Shown here in pieces: positions 24,545 through 38,038 of a stretch of DNA of 64,000 nt. A model generated the notes under the pieces. That model was given only the letters and a program-made list of their open reading frames with translations. It was not told the origin of the DNA and made no database searches. The DNA lies in the NCBI GenBank assembly GCA_973895155.1, contig OZ316898.1:10997187-11061186 (forward strand), in the 5' to 3' direction. The translations under genes and the position numbers were made by a program. Each line of letters opens with the position of its first letter. Within the stretch, counting starts at the first letter, position 1. Source of the DNA: Marsupella aquatica (taxonomy: Eukaryota; Plantae; Marchantiophyta).

Positions 24545-26563
24545 ATGGCGGGAAATCGTGCTCCGATGGTGAATTTAACCACCGAGAGAATTAGAAGTGC
24601 AGCGAAGCATTTGGACCAAGATTCACGTCGCGTTCAATCAGTAAGCCCCTTTGTAACGTCACCTATCTCTATTTGACACTCATTCTCTTCCTGACCCTAA
24701 ATGATATTTAGCTTTGATTCCCTGCAGTTCCCCATCGGGTATGTCGGCCTTGAGCCAGTTTGGTTCCTCCTTCACGCCGATCTGTTGTAAGGAGCAGCGT
24801 TTCATTATGAAACTTTCACTGGTCATTTTTTCCCGAAGTTCGAGTGTTGGTATTTTCGAGACGGAAAATCAATGTCTTGGTTTTAGGACTATTCTACTGT
24901 TTGAGCGTTCTGTTGGACGCTCCACACGTGCCTCGGTTCAGTTCGGTCCTCACTTTTAAAATAGGCAGCTTCTTGACTTTCTGCGCAGCGCTAATGTAAG
25001 ATAGCATTGGTGCATTGCAGGACTTGAATGCGAATACAGTCTTTTTCAAGATAGTAGCTGAGGAATTGGAGAGGGAACACGATTCTGAAGCTGTATGTCT
25101 CTGGGAGTCCTCCTTCTAGCCCACGTTAATCATTGAAATTATTGCCCCACCTTTCTGTTACAAGTGCTGTTCCATGGACGTCTCTTGACTTCGAATTTTG
25201 TGATGTTTTAGGTTGCCACGCTGCGTCAAGGATTAATCGAAGTGCTGGATTGGGCACATCGTCTCGAATATCAGTGTTCAGCACTGCACAATGTCAATCA
25301 GAATTTCGAGGCCGGCACAGAGGTGAGCATCTGGAGCTCTTTTCTACACCACTTTAAAACGTCAAACAATGAAATTCAACTTCTGTTGTGATCCTTGGAT
25401 TGTTTGGGTGCATGATATTGCGGCACTAAAGAAAAACATAACAGATTTATCGTACCAATCACTGTCCAGATGCATGCAGCGTCTAAAACCTTCGTAAGCT
25501 TTGCACAGTATAGAAATATCCAGCTGAAATTTTCTGATTGAGTAGGTAGTTGTCTTTGAGTTGTGGTCCCTGGATCTGTATATTGCTGGCAACAATCTGT
25601 GCTCACTTATACGTCGTATATCTACAGGAGACGGACTTCGGTAAACATTTGGATGAGTCCACACGCCAATTCCTGGCGGCAAACCCATTTGATATAACAA
25701 CTGACAAGCTCTATCACCAATTTGACCGAGCTGTCTGGGTAACGACGCTTTGTGATGGTATCTAGATGGCAATTTGAGTGCTGCTCGTATTTTCTGATGT
25801 GGTCCTTCCAGTGGTGAAGCTCAGAAGTTGAACATGTTGTTGGTATCCCGAAAATGTGTATGATCCAGGCAGAATGGATTTACCTTTTTCAATTTGGCAA
25901 TGACTTTGATCTCTGCAGAATGTCCACCATGCTGGGGAGGCTGCACCAGGGCAGGAAGACGACGAAATTGTCATGATCAACGATTCTGGGGTCCGAAATA
26001 ACAAATGCCCTCTTACCGGCAAGCCTGTGTTCGAACTTGAAAATCCTGTGCGCAGGTGGGATAGTTTTCCTGACCATCAATCCTCATGCAAAGATAGCGA
26101 CTTGTATGAAACCTTTTGAATTTGGGATAACGCATAGTCAATGCACTTTTGATCAGAGGAATTCTCTGTTGTTCCTTGGTGGTCTGACGATGTCCAAAAG
26201 CTGAAGTATGGTAGTTGCCTTGTGCAGTATCCAGTGCCACCACATCTACGAGCAGACAGCGGTTATGGAATATATCGCTAAAGCAGGCAGGAGGAGTTGT
26301 AAATGCGCAGTTGCTGGTAAGTTATTTTGGAGCTATGAAGTAAAAGGGTTGGCGGTGATAGGTCGCCTTCTAAACGTGTCTAATGATTTTGCCTACTGCT
26401 TCTTGTACCAGGTTGTCCAGCGGTTCTCAAGAAGGACAACTTTAAGAATGATGCGTCTTTAAATATGGAGATTCAAGAGTTTCGGCTACGAGACAGAGCT
26501 ACACAGCTCGAAAATTACACGGAAATAGAGGATCTTGAAGATGAAGTGAATCTTGAAGATTGA
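24545..26563 (+). CDS. MMS21: E3 SUMO ligase MMS21/NSE2/HPY2 (SMC5/6 subunit), 255 aa; exons 24545-24640, 25021-25092, 25212-25322, 25628-25738, 25919-26055, 26228-26316, 26412-26563
   Basis: The spliced frame is open. It contains AVW|NVHHAGE..PGQEDDEIVM and the SP-RING CPLTGKPV.ELENPVRS..CHHIYE..AVMEYI...CAVAGCP. Confidence 0.92.
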
Positions 26564-27622
26564 TTACAGTGCACTATCTCAACGAGATAGTTAGGTGGAT
26601 GTCATGTATGTATTTGTACGCATTAGTTTGGAGAGACCTTCCCCCTGAAGTCTCTTCCGATTTTCTGAGTTTTTCATTAAAGATAATCTCCAGAAGAACC
26701 CATTTGCAGATCCCACTCTGCAGGGAAGAAAGCAGCACATTGATCAACGATCCACGATGGTTGACGACGGGGAAGAAAAAACATTTGTTTGAATATCGTG
26801 TGCTTGAGTTGCGAAGGAATGAAACTGCAGAGGGGAAGAGCGATCAAGCAGCAGCACAAATTGCTCTGCAACTCGACTGAATGCTGTGCTAGGCGAGTAG
26901 AGTTCGGTTCGGAATTATCACATTAGTTTCAAACCAGGATTCCTCTTTAGAGTCTGTGTCTAGTACTTGAACAGAACTCCACCAAAATGATATGTTCTTT
27001 GGATGCTTATTTGCCAGGCATTCCGAACGATTTCAAACTACACACGCAGCCCTCAAAGGCTCAGGTTTTAGGGTTCAGGATTGCCTGAACATGCATTTGT
27101 GATTGCGATGTCCACCAGCACTTCAAAACCTTGGTCCCCTCAATCTACCTATTGTCTGTGCAAATTGTTCACGGTGCTGCCTAAGTCAAGAAATGGAGAC
27201 GAAATGACCTTTCTTTTCCGATGTGACCAATGGAAACTTCCTAGTTGTATAATTCCTGTTGTCCGGACTGATAAAGTATTCCGGGTAGGAAAATGTAGGT
27301 TCCTTCAATGAAATGCCGAACCGGGATGGGTGTAAATTATTGGTGTCTAAATGATCGGAACTATCATGGATGAGCTTCTCGTAAGTAGGTCCTAAAGTTT
27401 GTCCCGTCGTCCTGCTCACCCCCGAGGGAAGGAATAATAACTCATAAACCGTGTACACTGAGCATGTCCTAAAAAATCCAGGAGAGATTTTCCCTCACAC
27501 ATGCAGACTCAAGAACTCTAGTCATTTGACCTTAGTCCCCTGCCCACTTCTCTGAGGTGAACCTGTTATTGTCGTTCTCCTCCATTCCACTCTTGATTGG
27601 ATTTTCAAATTGGAGTATAAGG

Positions 27623-27972
27623 GAGCTTAGGCTGCTCTTTTAGACTAAACGAGACATCGAGGCAGCTGTGATACGAGCTTAGGCTGCTCTTTTAGACCAA
27701 ACGAGACATCGAGGCCACTGTGACAATTCCCTTTTATTGTGCAATCCCAATAAGGCTCCTTTCCAACGCGACACTTTGATTTGACATCCTCCTTTGGTCA
27801 GAGGCTGTCCGCAGATTTACCCTGCCGTAGGTTGATACGTGTTGTGCCAATTCCCTTTTCTTGTGAAATCCCAGTAGGGCTCCTTCTAACGCGATACCTC
27901 GATTTGACATCCCCTTTGGTCAGACTTTGTCCGCAGACCTCCGCAGATTTCCCCTGCCGTTGGTTGATACGT
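27623..27972. repeat. Two adjacent tandem duplications (2 x 52 bp; 2 x ~125 bp) in the MurF upstream/5' UTR region
   Basis: gagcttaggctgctcttttagac at 27623 and 27675; tgtg.caattcccttt...gttgatacgt at ~27720 and ~27843. Confidence 0.85.
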
Positions 27973-28111
27973 AATCTCCACTCAGAGTGAAGGCTCAGCG
28001 CTGGAAACGTAAATGGAACGAGAAATGCTTGTGGGGAGCAGGTTTCTTGGACGAACTGCTAACCTCCAATTTTCCGCTTGAGGTTCGCTATGGTTTCTTT
28101 TCAGCCGAACG

Positions 28112-30979
28112 ATGAGCGCGCAGAGCATTTTTCATTCGACAGGCATCCACAATTTGGGGTTCTACAGGAAAGCGAGCAATGCAGGTTTAAAGGATATAAG
28201 GGCTGGATCCACGACTTCATTTGACTTTCTCAAACAGGAGGGGACGAAGGATCGCGTTCATCGTATTGGCATTTTCAGTAGGCACAGTTTGCATTTTTTT
28301 CATACAGAGAAGCCAGGCAAGCGATGGACAACACAAGTCATACCTCGACCGCATTTCCAGATTAAGCAGGCTCATCCGATGAGAAACACGGGATTACGTC
28401 TAAACTTACATGCAAGCTTGGCCAACAACTTCTTCAAGCCGTTTCAGAGCGTCGTCTTCTATGAAGGCATCAAAAGGCCGCCGAGACCGACCGAGGTGGA
28501 GTGTTCATCTGATGAGAAGTATTCCAATGAAGGGAAGGCCTGGAAGGACGGACCGTTTGGTGTTGTATGGGACGCAGAGGAAATTGCGCAAGCTACCAAC
28601 GGAGAGGTCGTAGCGAGTGGATCTCCTGGAAGTATTTCGACAGACAGCCGCCAAATTAACCAAGGGGAGTGGTTTCTTCCTCTCGAGGGATCCAATTTTG
28701 AGGGCCACGAATTCCTCCCCCAAGCATTGCATCGTGGTTGTGCAGGCTACATTGGACGGAATGTTAGCATAGATTGGCCAAGGGGTTTCATCAGTGTGGA
28801 CGGTGACACTCTCAGAGTGCTTCACAAACTAGCTGCTTGGGTGAGAGGTAAATTTGGAGGTCCTGTTGTGGGGATTACAGGAAGCACAGGAAAAACCACT
28901 GCTAGAGCAATGACAGCCCTCGCTCTTGAGTCTCTCGGATCCATTCATCAAACTGAGGGCAATTTCAACAACCAAATTGGGCTTCCTCTCACGCTTCTCA
29001 AGTTACCGTCCAGTTCGTCAGTATGCGTATTGGAGATGGGCATGAGCCACCCGGGTGAGATTCTGCTTCTCTCAGAGATTGCCCGCCCTACTGTGAGAGT
29101 TCTGCTCAATGTTGGGCCGGCCCACATGAAGAATTTTGAATCACTTGAGGATGTGGCAGGAGCCAAAGGTGAGATTTTAAGGGAGGCGAGGCCTGGAGAT
29201 GTCTGCGTTCTGAATGCTGATGATCCCCTTGTGATGAATTTGGCGATTCCACGAGGAGTGCGAGTGGTACAGTACTCTCCCATTCGCTCACTCTGTTGAT
29301 CTTCAATTTTGGGATAGACAGTCTTAATACAATCTCTAAATAAACTGCCTACTCTGTAGATTGGCTGCTACAAGCATTAATCATGTCTCATGTCTCATGT
29401 CCAAGTCAGCTCGTCCAAAATAGATGCTGGCTACCACTTCCCGAAACTTAACGACATCCAGAATGTCTGGAGAATCGTATTGAGCATTGGTTCATCAACA
29501 ATTCGAAGTCCTCGATGAGATGAGCTTTTTTATAAAAACTTATATTCTACTTTGCCAGGACAGAGACTGAACTAAAATCTTAGCTGCATTATTGGAACCC
29601 TGGTCGATTGGTGTCCAGGGATAGTGATATCATGATGAGAAGTATCGGCTTACCATCTTCTGATGAAATTGAAATGAAAGTAGAGTTCTCATTCTCGTCT
29701 TCTGTTGCCTTCCTTTTCAGCTGCATTATGTGTTTCTGAATTCATATCATCTGGCTTCTCTGCCCTAAGTCTACAAGATTTCTTGGCACGTTTCTTGTCC
29801 AAAAGTTCCTTCAACTCACCTCCAACTTCCATTTTCGTTGAATCCTCCTAACATCTTATTTAGAACGAGAAGACAGGTTTGAATCTTTTCATTCCCGTCG
29901 AGATCATTTAATTTTGTGTTTGACTGCTTTCAGTGATACTCACGTGTTGGTGCTTGATTCGTCTTTCTGCACCCATTGATAAACTGAATTTGGAGGGGGA
30001 AAAGGCAGGATGAGATTGGCTCTCAAATTCTGTGTGGTTTAATGAGCACTGTTTTTAACTACTTTTCAACATTGTGCAGGTCTTTTTTGGGAGACATGAG
30101 GGATGGCATATGAAAGTTGCCCATGCCCAAGCAACAAGAGGTGGTCACGCAGTGAGGGTTGTAGTGGAGCAACTACACCGAGAATGCGTATGGGTGGAGA
30201 ACATCAGCTCTGGAGCTCAGATCTTGGGATATTTGAGAGAGAACTCAACGGACTCAAACACATCCAACTCGCAATCCCCACGCAGAACTGCTATGAGCTA
30301 CGAAACCAGCCAGGGATCAACGTTGCTGCCAAATTTCCATACGAGCAATCAATCGACACATTGTCAAAGCACTGAAAAAAGTTCTTCGCCAAGTCTGAAG
30401 CTGGCTTCCAAAGTAGAGTTTGAGATTCTCAGTCCTGGGTTGCATCTTGCGATTAATGCCTGTGCTGCTGCCGCTGTAGCTGTCTCTCTGGGAGTGCCCT
30501 TGCAGAATGTTGGAAAATCGTTATCCAAGTACTCACCCATAGGAACGCGATCTAGGTTGGAAATAATTGGTGGAGTCCAGCTAATCAATGACACATACAA
30601 CTCCAATCCAATGAGCCTTCAATCGGGACTGAACCTGCTTGGCTCCATGGACTGCGAGGGTAGGAGGGTTGCTCTTCTGGGAGACATGCTGGAACTCGGG
30701 TCTGTCAGTAAGAAGGCTCACATGGACGCCATTGCCCTTTGTAAACAACTCAAACTTGACATAGTGGGTTTAGTAGGCCCGTCCTTCTCCGAGGCAGAAG
30801 CTTCTTCACGGCTCCACAAGGGGATTTGTGCCTTTGCCATCTTCAAGGATTCCCAAGAGCTTGCAGCCAAGCTTATAGAGATCTTGAGACCTGGTGATGT
30901 TGTGTTGGTGAAGGGCAGCCGTGGAATGGAAATGGAAATTGCTGCCAATGCTATCAGGATGATGGCCGGGTTAGAATGA
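28112..30979 (+). CDS. MurF: Plastid-targeted UDP-N-acetylmuramoyl-tripeptide--D-Ala-D-Ala ligase, 684 aa; exons 28112-29266, 30080-30979
   Basis: ISTDSR, GITGSTGKTT, GNFNNQIGLPLTLL, EMGMSHPGEI, NVGPAH, LNADDP, INDTYNSNP.S, LGDMLELG and VLVKGSRG motifs; ~150-aa N-terminal extension; phase-0 GT-AG intron. Confidence 0.95.
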
Positions 30980-33900
30980 CTTGGCCCTTCTTATTCACCT
31001 CACATACTTTCCTAGATTGATAGATCCCTCCACTGATGTCCCTGTTGTAAAGAGCCGATGCGACAGGAGATCCTTGCAGTGTGAATTAGAGGAATTGACT
31101 AGGCAGGCGTGAATTATGGACGGCAATATCGGGCTTTAAACCCAAACCCTGCAATGAAGTACCCATGAAAACCATGAATTCAATTTTGACACGTTTTGAA
31201 CGAGTCGTCTATTCAAGCTCCAGGGTGTTCAAAAGTTCTCGTAAGAAACATGAGGAATGGAAGCAAACGCCTGGAAAATCATAACTGAAGAACCCTTGTT
31301 CTGAAGCCTTGATGAACGGATCCAGCAATTTGACACCTGCACCCTGGACAAATATAACTAAAGAACTCTTCTTCTTTCAGAATGGTGACCACCAATTTCT
31401 CAGTCGAAGCAATGCAGGCGTTTGCACCAGTTTCGTAGCAAAATCACATATGCCATGACCTCACTCTCTAGGTATTTCCTAATCTTTCATAATGCTAGAC
31501 ATCTAATCTAAACACTGTATTATGCAATCCCACTCTGATATGTAACAAAATCACTTTAGCATGACCTCATTCTCTAGGTATTTCTTAATCTCCTAGATCT
31601 ATCTAATCTGAACTATAATATGGAAGCCAGCTAGTTCTTGTCACCTGTTTATTAAATGTCATTTTTGGCATGAAGTATCGCTGGCCATTAGATTATGCTG
31701 ACATGTTTTCCTAAGAACAAGTTGGGCCCAAAGGTGCCATTATGCACCTTTATCGTGCCAAACTTGTCACTCTCCCCTAGCTTGCACAAACTTTTGAAAT
31801 CCAGTTTCCATGCTAGCTCATCAATTACTTGATGTTCAACAACACTTCTGCACAACATTACTATTATTGACAATACTGTGCAACACACAGGCATTTGTCT
31901 ATATTTACATTAGTACCCAATTCCAAAGTACCATACCTTGTCTTTGCAGAGGTTCAGAAATAGGAAAGGAATGCTAAGACCTTATCTACTGCAATACTCT
32001 ACCCAAAACCCTGAGCTGCACCATCTCATTTGATTACGAAGTTTAGGGTGAGAGAAATGCTAACACCTTATCACTCCATTGCTTAGTATACATGTAGACA
32101 TATCATATACCTGAAAATCCTAATCTACAACATCCAGCTCAATTACAAAAAAAAAATGAAACAACTTACAGTGATCAATTAGAATGATGGAAATGAAGAC
32201 TTCCAAATGTACAGTAGAGTTTTAGTCTTACTGTAGGGCAAATAGTACTGACAAGGCCACTTTTGTACTTATTGGTGAAAATTCTTCTCAAACAATGAAA
32301 ATGCCCCAAAACTGATGGACACGTCACTATGGCCCTTTGTCAAGCTCCCAGTGAGAAGCTTAATTGTGCACTAGCCTGACCCTCTAGCATATGTCTGGAG
32401 TCCCTCACAAAACTACAGGTGACATATGCTCAATGACCCCACCAGCAAGTTTCACCTCCAGTCTCACCCCATGTACAGTCCCAGGATAGAATAACGAGTT
32501 CACCTTCACTTTTATACGGAATTGATGACCACTCGCCAGCAAAGCCAGAATTTACTGAAAACTTTAATATGCCATATTGGAAATCACATTCAAGCAAAAA
32601 AAATTTAATTATTGAAAAGTTGAATGGGTGTGACAAATGTTGGGAAATGTTTGTGAAACTCCTACTGTACTAGTTTCTCTACGTTTCATCGGTTTTTATA
32701 TTGTTTTATTTGAGGATACAGAAATGAAACCAAGGGAAATTGTGTATGGCATTAAAGTTTAAAAGGCATAAAATATAATAACTTTTGGCTTAGTGCATGC
32801 GCGAACCTGACCATCACTACCGGCACAGTTCAAACATAGAACTCAAGCTGCAACAACTTCGATTTCCAACGTGATCAGTTAGAACGTTGGAAATCAAAAC
32901 TCCCGCTGAAAACTTTGAGAGCAATCAAAATAATACAATACAACGGTTGCCGCCTGGTGGGCATGATTGTGATTACCAGGCGGATGGCATTCACTACAGT
33001 CCGGTACACTATCCAGTCCGAGATTCGTGGGAGCAATAAAGTGCACGACCTTGTGTCCTTGTGACCCCAAATTAATTAAAAGTGGATAGAAGTAACACGT
33101 GGGTCGGAACAACATGCCCGTGATGAAGTTTACCTCACAAACCAGCAAAAGACCCGAGTAGCTTCCCAAGGAAGCCAAGCCATTGGCGGGACTACAATAG
33201 TCCGTTTGTCACTCTCAAGACAATAATAATACAGGCCTATAGTACGTCAGCGACCAAAGCTTCACGAAGGCTGAACTGCTTATCGGGGTGACGCGGTGTG
33301 TGACTTGGAAGAATGGCGACCAAGAATTTGAAAGGCAAATCTAAACATTATTATATGCTACATTATGATCTGCCGTTGGATAGGCAAAACTGAAGGAGGG
33401 CAGATCAATAATGAATTGGCCTCTTCAGACAAGAATGGGCCACGACCAACCACCTAGTGATGGAAGGCTACACGGGGCAGTCAAGCTCAGTTGCACCCCT
33501 CCTGACAAATATTGTTGTTGTTGTTTGTTTATTTTACCTTGTTCTAAGCAAAACAAGGGCTACATCCCATAGCTTTACTGAACTTGAACTGGGACTGAAA
33601 CCTTGTACAAGGAAGAGAAAAAATAATTTTTAAGGATCCTAGAGATGATTGCTGACCAGTTAGATTAGTATTTTTCAACCTTTAAATCTAAGAAAATATC
33701 AAGGCATTTGACATTGGTCTTTTTAACACAAGAAGACATAACTAAGGCAATGATAAAATCCCTCATTGTGTGCTGTGAACCTTGATCTTATGACACGAGG
33801 TTTTCTGATGCATTGTGTGCCCCCAACTCTTTGCCTTGGGGAAGGAAAACAAAATGATGTCCACAACACATAGCATGTATGTAGTTTTTTTGCTCGGACT

Positions 33901-34164
33901 GCATAGAATTTTTCAGATGGGACGGAGTGGGCAGCAGACAGGGAAGAGAGGGAGACAAAACTGGCTAATGGAAGACAAAAATCCTAGCAAATATTTGCCA
34001 AACTGGCAAAGACCATTCAGTGAGGTAAAATTTGGCAAGTTTTTGCTACTAAGAAAATGCTGGCCATGGCTGCTTTGAGACAATGGACACCGTCACTAAC
34101 ATGCAGGGGTAATTTTGTAAAATTTGAACCTTAAGGATATTGAGGTAGTTCTAGTAATTCATAC

Positions 34165-34420
34165 AGGTAATTCAGTAATTTCCCCATCTGTGATTCTAAA
34201 AACAAATAAAACCAGCTGCTCCTTTCCAAAACTGAGAACCAATGGCTGCCATGGACCATCCGAGGCCTAGAGAGGTCAATAAAATTTCAAGGGTTTTTTG
34301 TTAACTCAGGCTAATTTTGGCCAGTTGTACAAGTAATTTGTAATTTCCCCCAAAGACAAATAAAACCAGCTGCTCCCCTCCCAGAATGAGAAGAAATGCT
34401 GCCGTAGACCATCCGAGGCC
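34165..34420. repeat. Degenerate direct duplication (~100 bp) upstream of RNR2
   Basis: gtaatttcccc...acaaataaaaccagctgctcc...gaccatccgaggcc twice. Confidence 0.75.
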
Positions 34421-34594
34421 AACATAGGTCTGTCCACAACGAAGGAGACGTCCTAGATCAATGGAACACAAAGCAATGCCGAAACAGAGGGCGGGTCGTC
34501 CCTCCTTTGGGCCCCTATCTCGGACCGTTCTCCTTGCCTTCGTCTCGAGAGCAGTTTTTACTCTTTCGTGAAACGGAATACAGTAAAAAAAAGA

Positions 34595-34723
34595 GCGCCA
34601 ACGCTCCCGCGAACTCTTTTGTCATCTTAAAAGTTTGATTTCCAAAGCAAGAAACAGAGCGCGGGCGCATCATCACGTGAGTGGAAGACGATCGAGCTAC
34701 GACTCAACAATTCTTAGCGGGAA
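34595..34723. promoter_or_regulatory. Cluster of E2F-core sites (TTSSCGS) in the RNR2 promoter/leader
   Basis: GCGCCAA 34595-34601, CCGCGAA 34607-34613 and GCGGGAA 34717-34723. Plant RNR small-subunit genes are known E2F targets. Confidence 0.5.
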
Positions 34724-35447
34724 GTGTAGTTTAGTCGTGGCGGGCCAGTGCACCGAAACGCATATGTGCAGCAGAGCTTTCCCTCGTCGTTGTAGTGTTG
34801 GTTGTGTTGGTTGTGCAGGAGCGGAGCGGTACCTCTCGCTGTGAGTTCTCTCTCCTTCTCTCACTCAGCCTTTCGAAGTGCACGTTCAATTCGTTGATTC
34901 GCTGATTCGTTCGCAACTACAGTAGGTTGCAGCATTTTGTTAGAGCTCTGCATTCGCGCGGCAATCCGAGCTCTCGATTGAATGACACTCTATCGTTCGT
35001 CCCAGCGTTCGCCACTAGGTCGAAGCATTTTGTCAAGCTTCGGCAAGGAAATCCTAGCTCTAGTACTAATATTTTGTTTCGTTTTTATTGGCTACTGCTG
35101 TACAGTTTGTTTGGGTTAACTAATTTGTCAGAGCTGAGCACAGAAATCCTAGTCTTAGAATCACTCTGTGGCTACGCACCCGCTTGTCGAGCAGTCATTG
35201 ATCTTTGAATTTAACGCAGTGAAGTTTCTGCAATGATGGCTCCTGCAGCTCCACTTGAATGTCTCTGCGGCAATCGGGACTTTCCAGTTATCATGGTCTA
35301 GTAAGCAACTGAGACTCACTTGAGAATCTCGTCCGGTTTCTTCGGGACTGGAGCCCTGCGGGAGGACGGACAACAATTTTGTTAGGGAGAGCCCTCCCTT
35401 GGTTCGGAAAATTTCGTGGAGACTGGTGGATGGATGCAGGATACACA

Positions 35448-37539
35448 ATGCCTTCTATAATGGAAGTGGAGCCTATTCTTACCGAGAATCCCCAGAGATA
35501 CTGTATGTTTCCGATCCAGTATGAAGCGGTGTGGGAGATGTACAAGAAGGCGCTCGCCAGCTTCTGGACAGGTTCGTTATTCTCCTCGATCAAATGTATC
35601 GCATTCCTCTGCGTTCGGAAACGCGATGCATTTCGTTGGTCGCATTGCCAAACAGTCTGCCCTTGTCCTGATGATATTTCTCGCTCGTTGCTTAAACCAC
35701 CATGCTGTAGGGTTTAGTGGTTAACCTACTGAATAAACCCACGTTGCAACTTACATTCGTGACCTGGTCTTCAATCTTCAGCCGAGGAGGTCGATTTGTC
35801 GTCAGACTACAAGCACTGGGAAGGCCTCAGCAGCGACGAGAGGCATTTTGTGAGCCACGTGCTTGCGTTCTTCGCCGCATCCGATGGCATCGTCCTCGAG
35901 AATCTGGCGCTACGGTTCATGAAGGATGTCCAAATTCCCGAGGTACAGGGTCGTTGAGACTTGCTAGGCAAATGTCTCGTTTTCTATAAAATTTATCTAG
36001 TTGGTGCGTTTGATTCGCAAGTTTAATTACGGGCTGCAGGAGTTCCTTTCTATGTTCCAGCCCAGCCTTTAGCTCTGGATGTAGTAGGCCATTGCTGTCT
36101 CCATGGTCCTTGGCCTTGGCTCTGAACATGTATGCTGTCGTACTTCTCTGCTCTAAGTCTTGTGCCTCTGCAATTCAGGCTCGCGCTTTCTACGGTTTCC
36201 AGATGGCCATCGAGAACGTCCACTCTGAAATGTACAGCCTGTTGCTTGAGACTTACATTAAGGACCAAACAGAGAAGGCGAGACTCTTCAATGCCATCGA
36301 AACAATTCCGTGTGTTACCAAGAAGGCCGACTGGGCCATGCGCTGGATTGAAAGGTACGTCACTGAACTGTTCGTCAGATGATCAGATCGTCTTAGTCTT
36401 TAGCTCTTCACGGCTTTTCGTCATATTTTCGTTTTCGTGTAACTTGCTGTGTTGTTCACCCTTCTCACATCGGAGGGTTCATCCGGGGTCATTTGCTGAC
36501 TATCCAGCTTTATCTTGTCTCTGCAGTGGAGAGACGTTTGCTGAGAGAATCGTGGCCTTTGCCTGCGTCGAGGGCATTTTCTTCTCGGGAAGCTTTTGTG
36601 CTATCTTCTGGCTGAAAAAGAGGGGACTGATGCCAGGCCTCACATTTTCTAACGAACTGATTTCAAGAGACGAGGGGCTCCACTGTGACTTCGCGTGTCT
36701 CCTCTACACGTGAGCTCAATAATTCTCTTGTTTCCACTTTTGCTCTTGACATGCTTTCGAGCTTTGGTGTGTGATGTGATCTGTTGGCGTTTCCTCATAT
36801 CTATCTGATCCAGGTTGTTGAAGAAGAAGCTTCCCGAGTCGAGGGTAAGAGAGATTGTCTGTGACGCGGTGGAAATAGAGCGTGAGTTCGTGTGTGAGGC
36901 CCTCTGTTGCGATTTGGTCGGCATGAACGCGAATCTCATGAGTGACTACATCGAGTTCGTTGCCGATCATCTCTTGGTACGATTGTAAAGCCTTTCGCTC
37001 AGTCTGATGGAGCTGATAGTATCTAAGCAGGTTGTTATAGATAATAGAGTGCTCTAACCATTTCATTCAGTGCTCTAAGCATTTCGTTCTTTCTGCAGGT
37101 TGCCTTGGGATATAGCAAGAAGTACAACAGAAGCAATCCATTTGACTGGATGGAACTGATCTCCTTGCAGTAAGTTTTAATTGGGGCGTTCGTTGTCCAA
37201 TAATGACCTTTGTCTGCTTGCTTTTGTCAACTGCTCCTTACCATTTGCACAGTTCCTAGGTCTGTTCTTTGCTTAGAGCCACTAGTCATATGGACGATAG
37301 ATTTAATTTATGCCTGAAGTATTTGTGAGGCTGGTTGATTGCAGAAAATTCTCATTGTGTTGCTCCTACGATATCATCCTCATTGCGAAGTATTACATAA
37401 TCGTGATGTTCTGTGCTGTTGCAGAGGAAAAACAAACTTTTTTGAAAAGAGGGTGGGCGAATACCAAAAGTCGTCTGTAATGGCCAGTCTTGGGAAAACC
37501 GCAAGTCAGCACGTCTTCAGGATCGATGAAGACTTCTAG
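35448..37539 (+). CDS. RNR2: Ribonucleoside-diphosphate reductase small subunit (TSO2/RNR2-like), 330 aa; exons 35448-35571, 35782-35942, 36179-36354, 36527-36709, 36814-36976, 37099-37169, 37425-37539
   Basis: [67 protein letters not shown] and [17 protein letters not shown]. Confidence 0.97.
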
Positions 37540-38038
37540 GCAAGACTTCTAGGCAATTTATTAAATAGAAACAGGTTGTGCCCGTCAGGTCATCTCCTAG
37601 AATGATTTGTATATAAACATAAATGTGGGTAGCAAGAGTTCAGACGAAATCGCTGAATACCGATTTTAGAAAAAACTTGGTCACATCACCCGATGTCGCC
37701 ATATTGACGCATTTGTAGTTGACCCGCATATACTGTAGGCAAGTGTGCGTTCCTGTACTAGGCAATAATGAAACTTCAATTCAATTTAGCATCTTCATCA
37801 CTCATGAGATATGAAGAAACTTTTCATTTGTGCTTATACTTAATGATAAATAGTCAAAATTTTGCACATCAACAGAATAGAAGTGTGTATTCACTTCTTT
37901 GCATGATACTTCGTAATTGATTGTGATCTCTAAAAGCTGTGCAGATTACTGGAGAGCCTTTCTAACAATTAGCTGGAATCCCACCGCAAGTGCTCCTTGT
38001 GCACTTACGTGAGGTCACACCCTTGCAGTCAACTTGGT

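Noticed and set aside
28112-30979. murF as bacterial contamination or recent HGT
   Set aside because: It has a GT-AG intron and an N-terminal extension and sits among plant genes; Mur genes are known in bryophytes.
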